NCBI GenBank assembly: GCA_964583095.1
Contig: CAZOVB010000011.1
Location: 26,134 to 90,133, forward strand
Length of the DNA: 64,000 nt
Origin: an uncultured Planctomycetaceae bacterium
GTDB taxonomy: Bacteria > Planctomycetota > Phycisphaerae > SM23-33
Direction of reading: 5' to 3'
Both the position numbers and the translations under genes were made by a program. Below are positions 9,582 to 18,408 of the stretch, one piece after another. The notes beneath the pieces were generated by a model, which was not told the DNA's origin, did no database searches, and was given only the letters and a program-made list of their open reading frames with translations. Position 1 is the stretch's first letter, and each line of letters opens with the position of its first letter.

Positions 9582-10202
9582 ATGTGCAAACGCCTGCTGG
9601 ATATCCTGCTGAGCCTGGCAGGGCTGATCGTCCTGGGCCCGCTGATGCTCCTGATCTGCCTTGCGATTCGCATCGAGTCCAAGGGGGCGGCCATCTTCCG
9701 ACAGCGCCGGGCCGGCTACCGGGGCAAGCCGTTTGTGATGCTCAAATTTCGCACCATGCGAAGCGATGTGGATCCCTACGGCATGAGTCCCCGCAGCGGG
9801 GGCGACCCCCGACTGACACGCCTGGGCAAATTCCTCCGGGAGACCAGCCTGGACGAGCTGCCCCAGTTGCTCAACATCCTTTCCGGCAGTATGTCGCTGG
9901 TGGGCCCCAGACCGCTTTACGAGCGACAGGCCCGGCAGTGGGACGAAAACCAGCGCCGGCGTCTGGATGTCCGGCCCGGCCTGACCGGCTACGCCCAGGC
10001 CTACGGGCGCGGATCCCTGCCGATCGAGGACAAAATCGAGATGGATCTCTATTACGTCGACCACCAGAGCCTCCGGCTGGATCTTCGGATCCTCTTGCGC
10101 ACCGCGGCCAATGTCTTGGGCCATCAAGGGGATGTCTACGAAAAGCAGTATTCCCGGGATCGCAAGCGGGAAAGGGATCGGGAGGAGAAAGACGATGTCT
10201 GA
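9582..10202 (+). CDS. Monotopic phosphoglycosyl (sugar) transferase, PglC/WbaP C-terminal-domain type
   Basis: One N-terminal membrane helix, then the bacterial sugar transferase motifs: [24 protein letters not shown], and P.GLTG.AQ. Confidence 0.8.
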   Translation: MCKRLLDILLSLAGLIVLGPLMLLICLAIRIESKGAAIFRQRRAGYRGKPFVMLKFRTMRSDVDPYGMSPRSGGDPRLTRLGKFLRETSLDELPQLLNILSGSMSLVGPRPLYERQARQWDENQRRRLDVRPGLTGYAQAYGRGSLPIEDKIEMDLYYVDHQSLRLDLRILLRTAANVLGHQGDVYEKQYSRDRKRERDREEKDDV

Positions 10203-10878
10203 CAGGGCCCTGGTGTTCGACCTGGACGACACGCTCTACCCCGAACGCCAGTACGTGCGCAGCGGTTACTGCATGGTCGCACAGGTGCTCCGCGAGAGCA
10301 AGGGGACGACCCGGCGATACGAAGACTGGCTTTGGGACCGCTTCCAGGCCGGCCAGGCCGACGGAGCGCTGGACGCCCTCAGCGATCACTTTCAACTGGG
10401 CCTTTCAAAGAAGGAAATCAGCGACCTGGTGGAGGTCTATCGCAACCACAAGCCGTCCTTGCAGCCTCGCGACGGGATCGTGCCCCTGCTATCCTCGGCC
10501 GCCAAGGTCGCCCGCCTGGGCCTGCTGACCGATGGCTTCCTGCCTGCCCAGCTTTACAAGCTCGAAGCCCTGCACCTGCGGGGGGCCTTTGAGGAAATCG
10601 TGTTCACCGAAAAGCTGGGGCGCCCGTTCTGGAAGCCCGCCTGCGAGGGGTTCCAACTGATCTCGGAGCTGCTGGGAGTTGCCCACGAAAACTGTCTGTA
10701 CGTTGGAGACAATCTGGCCAAGGATTTCGTGGCCCCCAATCGTCTCGGGTGGCAGACGGTTCTCCTGCGGCTGGAAGATCAGGTGCATGCGGAGAACCCC
10801 GCCCCTGAAGGAGGTCAGCCGCAGCAGACCTGCCGGAGCGTGGAGGAACTGGCCCGCATGCTGCTGGAAGACCGGTAG
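10195..10878 (+). CDS. HAD-superfamily hydrolase
   Basis: The N-terminal motif I reads DLDDTLY. The start ATG overlaps the upstream stop (ATGTCTGA). A C-terminal GDN..D motif is present. Confidence 0.65.
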   Translation: MSDRALVFDLDDTLYPERQYVRSGYCMVAQVLRESKGTTRRYEDWLWDRFQAGQADGALDALSDHFQLGLSKKEISDLVEVYRNHKPSLQPRDGIVPLLSSAAKVARLGLLTDGFLPAQLYKLEALHLRGAFEEIVFTEKLGRPFWKPACEGFQLISELLGVAHENCLYVGDNLAKDFVAPNRLGWQTVLLRLEDQVHAENPAPEGGQPQQTCRSVEELARMLLEDR

Positions 10879-10941
10879 AGAAGCTCATCTGGCCATCGAG
10901 TCCCCGCCCATGGCCAGCAAGTCCCGCCGGCGCGACAGGGC

Positions 10942-12093
10942 TCAGGTCTGGAAACCCTCGGCCAGGAATCTGTGGCGAACCGGGGCGGTCACCGTTTTGC
11001 CGCTGACGCAGCGGAAAGTGATCTCGTCGGGTCCGAAACGCACGCTGCGAACCTTCACGAAACCCCGGGGGATTCTGGCAACGCCCTGAATTGTTCGAAT
11101 CTCCGTCGGCCGATTCTTCGAAAGCGATACCGTCGTCGGGAACCCCGCCTGGCTGACAGGATTGGCTTTGGCGCTGGGGGCAAGGCCGGCCGCGAAGTAC
11201 CCGCAGACGTCCTCGAGGCCGAGGCAGACGTTTCGGCCGTTCCAGGGCGCGCCGTGTCGGCCTCGATTGCTCATCCAGAAGACGGTGGCCGGAAGCTGTG
11301 CGGTGTCTTTGAGGCTGTACCAGAGATAGCCCTCTCCGGCTGCGACGGCGGTGATCCAGGCCGGTGTGGACGAGGGTTTCTTGAACAGGGCGATCTGATC
11401 TTCGTATCCGTAAAGGTGCGGGAAGCGGGAGGCGTCGATGCTCGCGGGCGTTTTGAACCGGGTCGGCACGCGGGAGAGGCTCTTGAAGGCGGCGTCGATG
11501 GCCAGGGCCTGATACTCCCGGCTGACCGGGTCGGCATAGAGATCGGGGAAGGTCCGACCCAGGGCGAAGGGCGATGAGGAAATCGCCAGGCTGCGTTTGT
11601 CGTCGTCGGCCGCCAGGGTGGCATGGTGACCCAGGCACATCTTGCCCGAGAACCCCTCCAGCCTGTGGCGACAGTATACGGCGTTGTGGCCCTCGACGAG
11701 GGAGAGTGTCTTTGTGATCGTGCCGGGGCGGATCTTCGTCTTCATTTGCATCGAGAGAGCGATCACGTCCTCCTGCTGCTCGATCCGGGCATCGGACCAC
11801 TTGGCTGTGGCCGACTCGCCGTGGGCGGGGTGCTTTTCCCCGCGGTAGTCGTTGTCCGCCCCGAAGGGCGCACAGAAGAAGTCGCCGCGCAGGGGGACCA
11901 GTACCGGTTCGTCGATGGCAAGGGCTTCCTCCTGCCAGGGACTGATATGGTAGGGCTCGACCGGCGAAGCGGTGTCCCGGTAGAAGGTTACCGGGGCCAT
12001 GTGCCCGCCGAGTTTCGTTACCGCCAGTTCGACCTGATCGCCGATCAGAACCCAACTGGGCTGTGAATGGATCGAACGCGACTGGGGCTTCAT
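10942..12093 (-). CDS. Hypothetical protein; function unknown (383 aa)
   Basis: Long ORF with consistent codon usage. I recognise no family motif. Confidence 0.45.
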   Translation of the reverse strand: MKPQSRSIHSQPSWVLIGDQVELAVTKLGGHMAPVTFYRDTASPVEPYHISPWQEEALAIDEPVLVPLRGDFFCAPFGADNDYRGEKHPAHGESATAKWSDARIEQQEDVIALSMQMKTKIRPGTITKTLSLVEGHNAVYCRHRLEGFSGKMCLGHHATLAADDDKRSLAISSSPFALGRTFPDLYADPVSREYQALAIDAAFKSLSRVPTRFKTPASIDASRFPHLYGYEDQIALFKKPSSTPAWITAVAAGEGYLWYSLKDTAQLPATVFWMSNRGRHGAPWNGRNVCLGLEDVCGYFAAGLAPSAKANPVSQAGFPTTVSLSKNRPTEIRTIQGVARIPRGFVKVRSVRFGPDEITFRCVSGKTVTAPVRHRFLAEGFQT

Positions 12094-12105
12094 GGTTTCT
12101 CTCCT

Positions 12106-12148
12106 TGCATATTGGCCCGGAAGATGCGTATTTTCATGCGTATTGGCC
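12106..12148. promoter_or_regulatory. Three direct repeats TGC(A/G)TATT(GGCC) in a divergent intergenic region (candidate operator)
   Basis: TGCATATTGGCC at 12106-12117, TGCGTATT at 12125-12132, and TGCGTATTGGCC at 12137-12148. They lie between the divergent starts at 12093 (minus) and 12198 (plus). Confidence 0.4.
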
Positions 12149-12197
12149 TTGAGAGCAAGTATCTGGATTTTCTCGCACCATCAGGGAGGTTTGCGCC

Positions 12198-13649
12198 ATG
12201 TTCCAATTTGCCTTGATCGCACTGGCAGGCCTTGTCACGACGGTCGGGTCCGACCAGACGCCCAACGAGCTGCTGCAGTTGATACCAAACGAGGCCTACT
12301 GGAAGCATGAGGAGGTCGCGCCCAACACCGAAATGCTTCTTGCCATGCTCCAGGAGCCGGAGATGCCCGAGGATCTCACAGCCCTGCTGGAACAGTTGGG
12401 GGATTCGTCGTTCCGGAAGAGGAAAGCCGCACAGGAGGCCCTGGTCAGCGCCGGCCCCGTCGTGTTGGATCAGGTCAGGAAGTTGGTCGACTCGCCGGAT
12501 TCGGAAGTTGCTGCGCGGGCGACCGAGATCGTGGAGACTCTCACCACCCAGGCCGCTCAAAACCGGGTTCGTCAACTGATAGCCATTCGCACGTTGGGTC
12601 AACGCAAGGAGACGAAGGCCGCCCAGCGCCTCCAGGCGCTGACCCAAAGCAATAAACCGTTTGTGGCCGATTACGCCGCTCAGGCCCTGGCCGAGATTCA
12701 AGGCAAGGCCTGGAAGCCACAGCGGGACATGAGTTCGCGGCTGAAGACGGACCTTTCTGCTTTCCCGGACGAACTTTCGGTTCTGGCCCAGGTGGATCTC
12801 ACCGAAGCGAAAAACCCAATGGGAATCGCCGAAATGGTCCGCATTGCAATGGGCAAGCAGGTGGGGGACCAGGAGGTATCGGAAATTGTTTCTGGGATTA
12901 TGGACGGGATGATCCCGATCGCCCACGAGATCGGGAATTTCCGATTGGACGCTCTGACGTTCGGACTTTCACTTGACGCCGACGGGAACAACGGATGGGG
13001 CGCAGCGATCCTCCGAGGCCGGTACGATCCGTCTTTGGTGTCTCCAGCGCTGTTGCGCAGCGAGCCGGACGTGGAAAGCCGCAAAGTCGCCGGTGTGGAC
13101 GTCCTGGCCGTGGATAACGATTTCCAACTTTGCCTGGTTTCGCCGCAGGTGATGGTCGTGCTGATCGGGCCCGCAGGCAAGGCCTTGCCGATTGAGAAAG
13201 TCTTGTTTGGCGTGATGGGCAAGCAGGCCTACCCGCGAACCGAGGCGATGACGCAGTTGCTCGGCCGGACCGACACAGCGTCTGACTTCTGGGTCGCGAT
13301 GCGGGTCCCCCCGGTGCTCAAGGAAGAGTTGTTCTTCCAGGAAATCCAGCAGCTCTGTCTCTCTTCACAGACCGAGGACAAGGGCAGGAGAATGACCCTT
13401 TCGGCCTGGAGTTCAGGCCAAGACAAGGCCGCCAAGGCTGCCGAGGACCTTCGCAACGCCGTTTCGCGAGTCCGTGGAGGGCTTCGCAGCGTCCCGATGG
13501 AGATGGGAGCCATCACCGACCTGCTGGGCAATGTCAAGGTCCGCCAGGAAGAGAGCAAAGTCCTCGCCGACGTGCTGGTAACCCCCCAGGCCGAGAGGGC
13601 GCTTCTGGTCTTGCCCCTGCAATTCTTCGCCGTGGGGGCGCCTCAGTAG
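12198..13649 (+). CDS. Hypothetical secreted protein with HEAT-like repeats
   Basis: N-terminal signal peptide MFQFALIALAGLVTTVG and HEAT-like helical repeats (PVVLDQVRKLVDSPDSEVAARA). Divergent from the 10942..12093 gene. Confidence 0.5.
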   Translation: MFQFALIALAGLVTTVGSDQTPNELLQLIPNEAYWKHEEVAPNTEMLLAMLQEPEMPEDLTALLEQLGDSSFRKRKAAQEALVSAGPVVLDQVRKLVDSPDSEVAARATEIVETLTTQAAQNRVRQLIAIRTLGQRKETKAAQRLQALTQSNKPFVADYAAQALAEIQGKAWKPQRDMSSRLKTDLSAFPDELSVLAQVDLTEAKNPMGIAEMVRIAMGKQVGDQEVSEIVSGIMDGMIPIAHEIGNFRLDALTFGLSLDADGNNGWGAAILRGRYDPSLVSPALLRSEPDVESRKVAGVDVLAVDNDFQLCLVSPQVMVVLIGPAGKALPIEKVLFGVMGKQAYPRTEAMTQLLGRTDTASDFWVAMRVPPVLKEELFFQEIQQLCLSSQTEDKGRRMTLSAWSSGQDKAAKAAEDLRNAVSRVRGGLRSVPMEMGAITDLLGNVKVRQEESKVLADVLVTPQAERALLVLPLQFFAVGAPQ

Positions 13650-13758
13650 AAGCGATTCGCATCGCCTGGCAGGAATTGGCGGTTCAAAACCGCCTCAGCC
13701 CCTGCTAGACTGATGCTCTTTACCCCCGTGGGCCCGTGCCGGAAACAAAGGAACTGCC

Positions 13759-15315
13759 GTGGCTGATACTTTCTACGTAACCACACCGATTTACTACGTC
13801 AACGACGTGCCGCACATCGGACATTCGTATACGACGATTGCCGCCGACGTCCTGGCCCGGTTCTTCCGGGCCGAGGGACGCGACGTGCGCTTCCTGACCG
13901 GCACGGACGAGCACGGAATCAAGATCTACAAGGCCGCCAGGGAAAAGGGCAAGGAGCCCGACCAACTCGGCGACGAGGTTGTCGTGCACTTCAAGAAGCT
14001 CTGGGAGGATCTGAATATCTCCCACGACGACTTCATCCGTACCACCGAAGACCGCCACGAACAGCGGGTCCAGGCGCTGATCCGAACGCTGCAGGAAAAG
14101 GACGAGGTCTACAAGGGTCAGTACGAAGGCTGGTACGACGAGGGCCAGGAGGAATTCGTTACCGAGTCGACCGCCCGCGAAAACGAGTACAAGAGCCCGA
14201 TTTCCGGCCGGGATCTCACCCGATACTCCGAGGAGAACTATTTCTTCCGCTTGAGCAAATGGGTGCCTCGCCTGATCGAGCACATCGAGGCGACCCCCGA
14301 ATTCATCGCCCCCGAGTCCCGCCGCAACGAGGTGCTCAGCAAGCTCAAGCAGGGGGTGGACGACCTGTGCATTTCCCGCGGGGCCGAGAAACTCCCCTGG
14401 GGCGTTCCCATGCCCTCGGATCCGTCCCACGTGGTCTATGTCTGGGTCGACGCCCTGAGTAACTACATTACCGCCTTGGGGATTCCGGAAATCGGACGCG
14501 ACGACGACGGCGCCTTCAAGCGGTACTGGCCGGCCAGCGTGCACCTGATCGGCAAGGACATTCTCTGGTTCCACGCGGTGTATTGGCCCTGCCTGCTGAT
14601 GGCCCTGGACCTGCCGCTTCCCAAGTGCGTCTTTGCTCATGGGTGGTGGACGGCAGAGGGCAGGAAGATGTCCAAAACGCTGGGCAACTTCATCTCGCGG
14701 GAGACCATCGAGGAGATCTGCAACGAGTACTCGGTGGATGTCTACCGATACTATCTGCTTCGTGCGGTGGCCTTCGGGGCCGACGGGGACTTCTCCCAGG
14801 AGATGTTCCAGACACGTTACAACAGCGACCTGGCCAACACACTGGGCAATCTGCTCTCGCGCAGCGTCAATATGATCAGCCGCTACGTGGACGGTCTCAT
14901 CCCGGCGGGGGGGAATTCGGTCCCCGAGCAGCAGAGCGTGATCGATGCGGCCGGGGAGCTTTCCTCCGCGGCCGTTGAAGACATGAGCAACTGCGCGTTC
15001 CATCGGTACATCGATAAGATTATTGCCCTGGCCGACGCGACGAATCAATTCATCGACAAGACCGAGCCGTTCCGCCTGGCCAAGGACCCGTCGCAGAAGC
15101 AGCGGCTGGGCGAGATTCTGTATACCTGCGCCGAGGCGCTTCGGATCGCCTTGCTGTTCCTCGAGCCGATCATGCCCGAAGCGTCCCGCCGGGGCTTGGC
15201 CCAGTTGGGCCTCCGCGGCGTTGCCACGCCGCTGATGGAAAAGGCCCGCTGGGGGCAACTGCTGCCCGGTACGCGCGTCAAGAAGGGCGATCCGCTCTTT
15301 CCCAGGAAGCAGTAA
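13759..15315 (+). CDS. metG: Methionine--tRNA ligase
   Basis: Class I aaRS HIGH motif (PHIGHSYTT) and KMSKS motif (KMSKTLGN), plus an MetRS-type anticodon-binding C-terminal domain. GTG start. Confidence 0.92.
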   Translation: MADTFYVTTPIYYVNDVPHIGHSYTTIAADVLARFFRAEGRDVRFLTGTDEHGIKIYKAAREKGKEPDQLGDEVVVHFKKLWEDLNISHDDFIRTTEDRHEQRVQALIRTLQEKDEVYKGQYEGWYDEGQEEFVTESTARENEYKSPISGRDLTRYSEENYFFRLSKWVPRLIEHIEATPEFIAPESRRNEVLSKLKQGVDDLCISRGAEKLPWGVPMPSDPSHVVYVWVDALSNYITALGIPEIGRDDDGAFKRYWPASVHLIGKDILWFHAVYWPCLLMALDLPLPKCVFAHGWWTAEGRKMSKTLGNFISRETIEEICNEYSVDVYRYYLLRAVAFGADGDFSQEMFQTRYNSDLANTLGNLLSRSVNMISRYVDGLIPAGGNSVPEQQSVIDAAGELSSAAVEDMSNCAFHRYIDKIIALADATNQFIDKTEPFRLAKDPSQKQRLGEILYTCAEALRIALLFLEPIMPEASRRGLAQLGLRGVATPLMEKARWGQLLPGTRVKKGDPLFPRKQ

Positions 15316-15713
15316 TGCCCGATCAATCTTCCGATAAAACCATGCGAGACGTGATTCTCGCCGATGGCCGCTACCCGCTGGAGGCCTATGCGTTTCTCCA
15401 CGACGGGCTCAGCAGCGCGGTTCGCGGCGTCCACGGAGAAAACGTTCTTCCCGCAGGCCAGAGCCATGTAACCGGCCAGCACCTTTGCCACGCCCTTTGT
15501 CAACTGGCCCTGGAGAGATGGGGAATGCTCGCCGAGACGGTCCTGAGGCGTTGGAACATCAACAAAACACTGGACTTCGGCAACATGGTCTACCTGTTGG
15601 TCGAGAATAACTTCATGAAGAAAACCGAGGAAGACAGCCTGGAGGACTTCCGCGATGTCTTCGACTTCCATGAGTACTTCCAGCGCCAATGGCAGTTTGA
15701 ACTGAAGGAATAG
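15315..15713 (+). CDS. Conserved hypothetical protein, translationally coupled to metG
   Basis: Its start overlaps the metG stop (TAATG). 132 aa, with acidic/aromatic C-terminus. Confidence 0.5.
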   Translation: MPDQSSDKTMRDVILADGRYPLEAYAFLHDGLSSAVRGVHGENVLPAGQSHVTGQHLCHALCQLALERWGMLAETVLRRWNINKTLDFGNMVYLLVENNFMKKTEEDSLEDFRDVFDFHEYFQRQWQFELKE

Positions 15714-15721
15714 CGTCACCG

Positions 15722-15913
15722 ATGGCCGATGAGAATAAGCAGACGCCCCCGGCCCAGGCCGGGGACAAGAAACACCCGGTCCCCGAGCCGGTCAACGTGA
15801 TCGATGGCGTGCCCGATTCGGCCCCGCGCAAGCCATTCTGGTTCTATCTGGTCCTTGGCGGTGTGTTTGTCCTCTGGCTGGGGTTCCTGCTGTACGTGTA
15901 TCTGGCCGTCTGA
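15722..15913 (+). CDS. Small membrane protein (63 aa, one TM helix)
   Basis: Hydrophobic C-terminal helix FWFYLVLGGVFVLWLGFLLYVYLAV. Compact spacing to neighbouring genes. Confidence 0.4.
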   Translation: MADENKQTPPAQAGDKKHPVPEPVNVIDGVPDSAPRKPFWFYLVLGGVFVLWLGFLLYVYLAV

Positions 15914-15941
15914 CCCGGCCAAGGCGGCCCAGGGAGTGAAC

Positions 15942-16988
15942 ATGGGAGCACGGATGCGACTTTTGAGCTCTGGAACTTCTCGCGATCGATTCACCTGCCT
16001 GCTGCCCCTCTGCTTTTGCGGTTGGATCTGCATCGTCACAACCGGTTGCCGCGAGCCGGAGTTCCAGACGGTACCTTCCGGAACACTCAGCGACTATGAA
16101 GCGACAATGAGCGTCCACGAATTGGCCCGCGAGTTGAACATGCAGGTGGACGAAACCAACGACCTGTATGCTTCGCTGAGCAGATCCCGCACCACGCTGG
16201 TGCTCTTCGCCGGCCGGGCGGGGGGGTTCTACGTCAACGGCGATCGGATTCGGCAACTCGAGAGCATCCGGTCTTCCGGGGGCATCGTCCAGGTTCCCCG
16301 CAGCCTGGTTCCATTGATCCGACAGGCCTTGCCCGCTGCCCCTGCGCAAGTGGCTCCCAGGCCGGTGGCCCCTGAAGGCCCGATTCGGGGCCTGGTGATC
16401 CTGGATCCCGGCCACGGGGGAAAGGACCCCGGGGCCCTTGGGTCCCTGGCCGGGCAGAGTTCGAGGGTCGAAGAGAAAGCCCTCAACCTCCAACTGGCGC
16501 GCAAGGTCAGCTCGCAACTGAAGGGCAAGGGCGTCCGGGTGATGCTGACCCGGTACCGCGATACGACCGTGAGCCTGGAAGATCGGGTCAAAATGGCCAA
16601 CACCCATTCGGCTGCGCTGTTTGTGAGCCTTCATGCCAACTCCAGCAAGGCCAATCCACAGGCCCAGGGGTTCCAGATCTACATTGCAGCGGTGGCCTCG
16701 AACGACACGCGCAGCGCCGCCAAACAGGTTGCCACGTCTTTCAAACGGGCGGGCTTTGAGAGTCACGGACCGGCCGTTCGCGAAGACAAAGCAAGGCCAC
16801 TGTTCGTGTTGCGCCAGACGCGCGGGCCGGCTTTGCTGGTGGAAACCGGCTTCATGTCCAACGCGCAGGACCTTTCCCGGCTGGTGCGTTCGGACTACCA
16901 GGACCGCCTGGCCGGGGCCATTGCGGAGGGGATCATCACCCACCTGCGAGAGCAGCAGGGGGCCGGTGGCCGCCCTTCCGTTCGATAA
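15942..16988 (+). CDS. N-acetylmuramoyl-L-alanine amidase (Amidase_3 / AmiC-like) lipoprotein
   Basis: Amidase_3 motifs LDPGHGGKDPGA, SLHAN and E..G. A lipobox-like N-terminus (LLPLCFCGWIC). Confidence 0.8.
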   Translation: MGARMRLLSSGTSRDRFTCLLPLCFCGWICIVTTGCREPEFQTVPSGTLSDYEATMSVHELARELNMQVDETNDLYASLSRSRTTLVLFAGRAGGFYVNGDRIRQLESIRSSGGIVQVPRSLVPLIRQALPAAPAQVAPRPVAPEGPIRGLVILDPGHGGKDPGALGSLAGQSSRVEEKALNLQLARKVSSQLKGKGVRVMLTRYRDTTVSLEDRVKMANTHSAALFVSLHANSSKANPQAQGFQIYIAAVASNDTRSAAKQVATSFKRAGFESHGPAVREDKARPLFVLRQTRGPALLVETGFMSNAQDLSRLVRSDYQDRLAGAIAEGIITHLREQQGAGGRPSVR

Positions 16989-17242
16989 CCATCCGTATAC
17001 AAAGGGGTAATGTCTGCTTGTGGCCAAGCGGCCCTGCTGCCCGCTGCCCAAGGGCCCAAGGTGGATTGCGGGGAAAAAATCACGCCGAAATTCACCTCTT
17101 GCAAGTTCTGGCCGATGGGTCAGTTGGAGGCATTGCACGCATGGGAGGATTTGCCTCTGCGCAAGAGAGGCCCCCGGTGGATGTTGCCGCCGGATAGGCT
17201 GAATTGTAGCTTGCCAGAAAGCAGATCCCTGGAGGGAAAGCT

Positions 17243-17428
17243 ATGGTTTATCGCATTCGATATCATGATCCGTCGCAGTCGCAGCAGGCCGAGGCCGTCG
17301 TCGAGGCCAACAGCCCCACCGAGGCGATGGTGAAGTTCCGTTGCATCTACAACACCCGCGAGTTCTCGGCCGAGCTTCCCGAGCCGGTGACCAGCGTCGG
17401 CGAAGAAGAACCCATCTGCCCGGGCTGA
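17243..17428 (+). CDS. Small hypothetical protein (61 aa)
   Basis: Canonical SD GGAGGGA 6 nt upstream of the ATG. No family recognised. Confidence 0.35.
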   Translation: MVYRIRYHDPSQSQQAEAVVEANSPTEAMVKFRCIYNTREFSAELPEPVTSVGEEEPICPG

Positions 17429-17438
17429 GTTTCGCCGG

Positions 17439-18308
17439 TCAGGTCCGCCGGCTCTGACGGTCCAGAATCGCCTGCGCGCGGGAAAAGCCTTCGGGGGTCC
17501 CCATGTCCAGGCTGCGTCCGCGTATCCGCCGGAGAAAGTAGCGATCCTTGCATTTGCGCAGCAGGCGCAGCTGAGCAGCGGCCAGTTGCAGTTCCTTCCC
17601 GGCCTTTTCGGCCAGGGGTTTTTCCTCGCGCAACGCATGGAAGATTTCCGCTGAGAATCCGTAGATCCCACAATGGGCCAGGAAGGTCTCCCCGTCCAGC
17701 CCAGGCGTGGTCAGTCGGCGGCGCGCCGCAGCCAGGTCCGGTTTCTCCACAAAGTCCCGGCAGCGGTAGAGATCTTCGCCCCCCCTGGGCGAACCCAGCG
17801 GATCTCCTCCTGCCACTCCCACCCGGGGCAGTTCTTCCGGGCCCACCGGCTGCATGCCGATCACGGCATCGGCCTCAAGCCGTTCCAGGTCGTCAAGAAC
17901 CTGGCGGGCAGGGCAGCGCGCTTCGGCCGAGAGATGAACGTGGTCGCCCAGCAGCAGCAGGAAGGATTCGTCTCCGACAAAGGCCCCGGCCTGGAGGACC
18001 GCATCGCCAAAGCCGGCCGGACTGGACTGCACGATCCATTCCAACGCGCCGGTATCCCAGGGGACCTGAGAGGCCGGTTGGTCCGCCAGGTAGTTTCGCA
18101 GCATTTCCAGTTGCTCCGGGGAAACGATAATCGCGAATCGATCGATCCCGGCGCTGCAGGCTTCTTCCAGAATCCACTCCAGGACACTCCGGACCTTTTG
18201 CCTGCCTCTGACCAGGGGAAAGAGCGCCTTGGGGATCGCCCGCGTGACGGGATGCAGCCTCGTTCCCTTGCCGGCGACCGGAATGACAGCTTTTCGAATC
18301 GGATCCAT
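17439..18308 (-). CDS. UTP--glucose-1-phosphate uridylyltransferase-like sugar nucleotidyltransferase (GalU-like)
   Basis: N-terminal motif AVIPVAGKGTRLHPVTRAIPKALFP (G-x-G-T-R-x-x-P-x-T). Start is ATG at 18308 (MDPIRKAVIPVAG). Confidence 0.75.
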   Translation of the reverse strand: MDPIRKAVIPVAGKGTRLHPVTRAIPKALFPLVRGRQKVRSVLEWILEEACSAGIDRFAIIVSPEQLEMLRNYLADQPASQVPWDTGALEWIVQSSPAGFGDAVLQAGAFVGDESFLLLLGDHVHLSAEARCPARQVLDDLERLEADAVIGMQPVGPEELPRVGVAGGDPLGSPRGGEDLYRCRDFVEKPDLAAARRRLTTPGLDGETFLAHCGIYGFSAEIFHALREEKPLAEKAGKELQLAAAQLRLLRKCKDRYFLRRIRGRSLDMGTPEGFSRAQAILDRQSRRT

Positions 18309-18408
18309 GATCGGATTGTATGTTGGCCTGACCTTTCGAGCCAGCCAATTGCCCTGCACCCAGGTCCTGTCAAAAGCCGATATTCATAGCACGTGAGGAA
18401 CCACGAGC

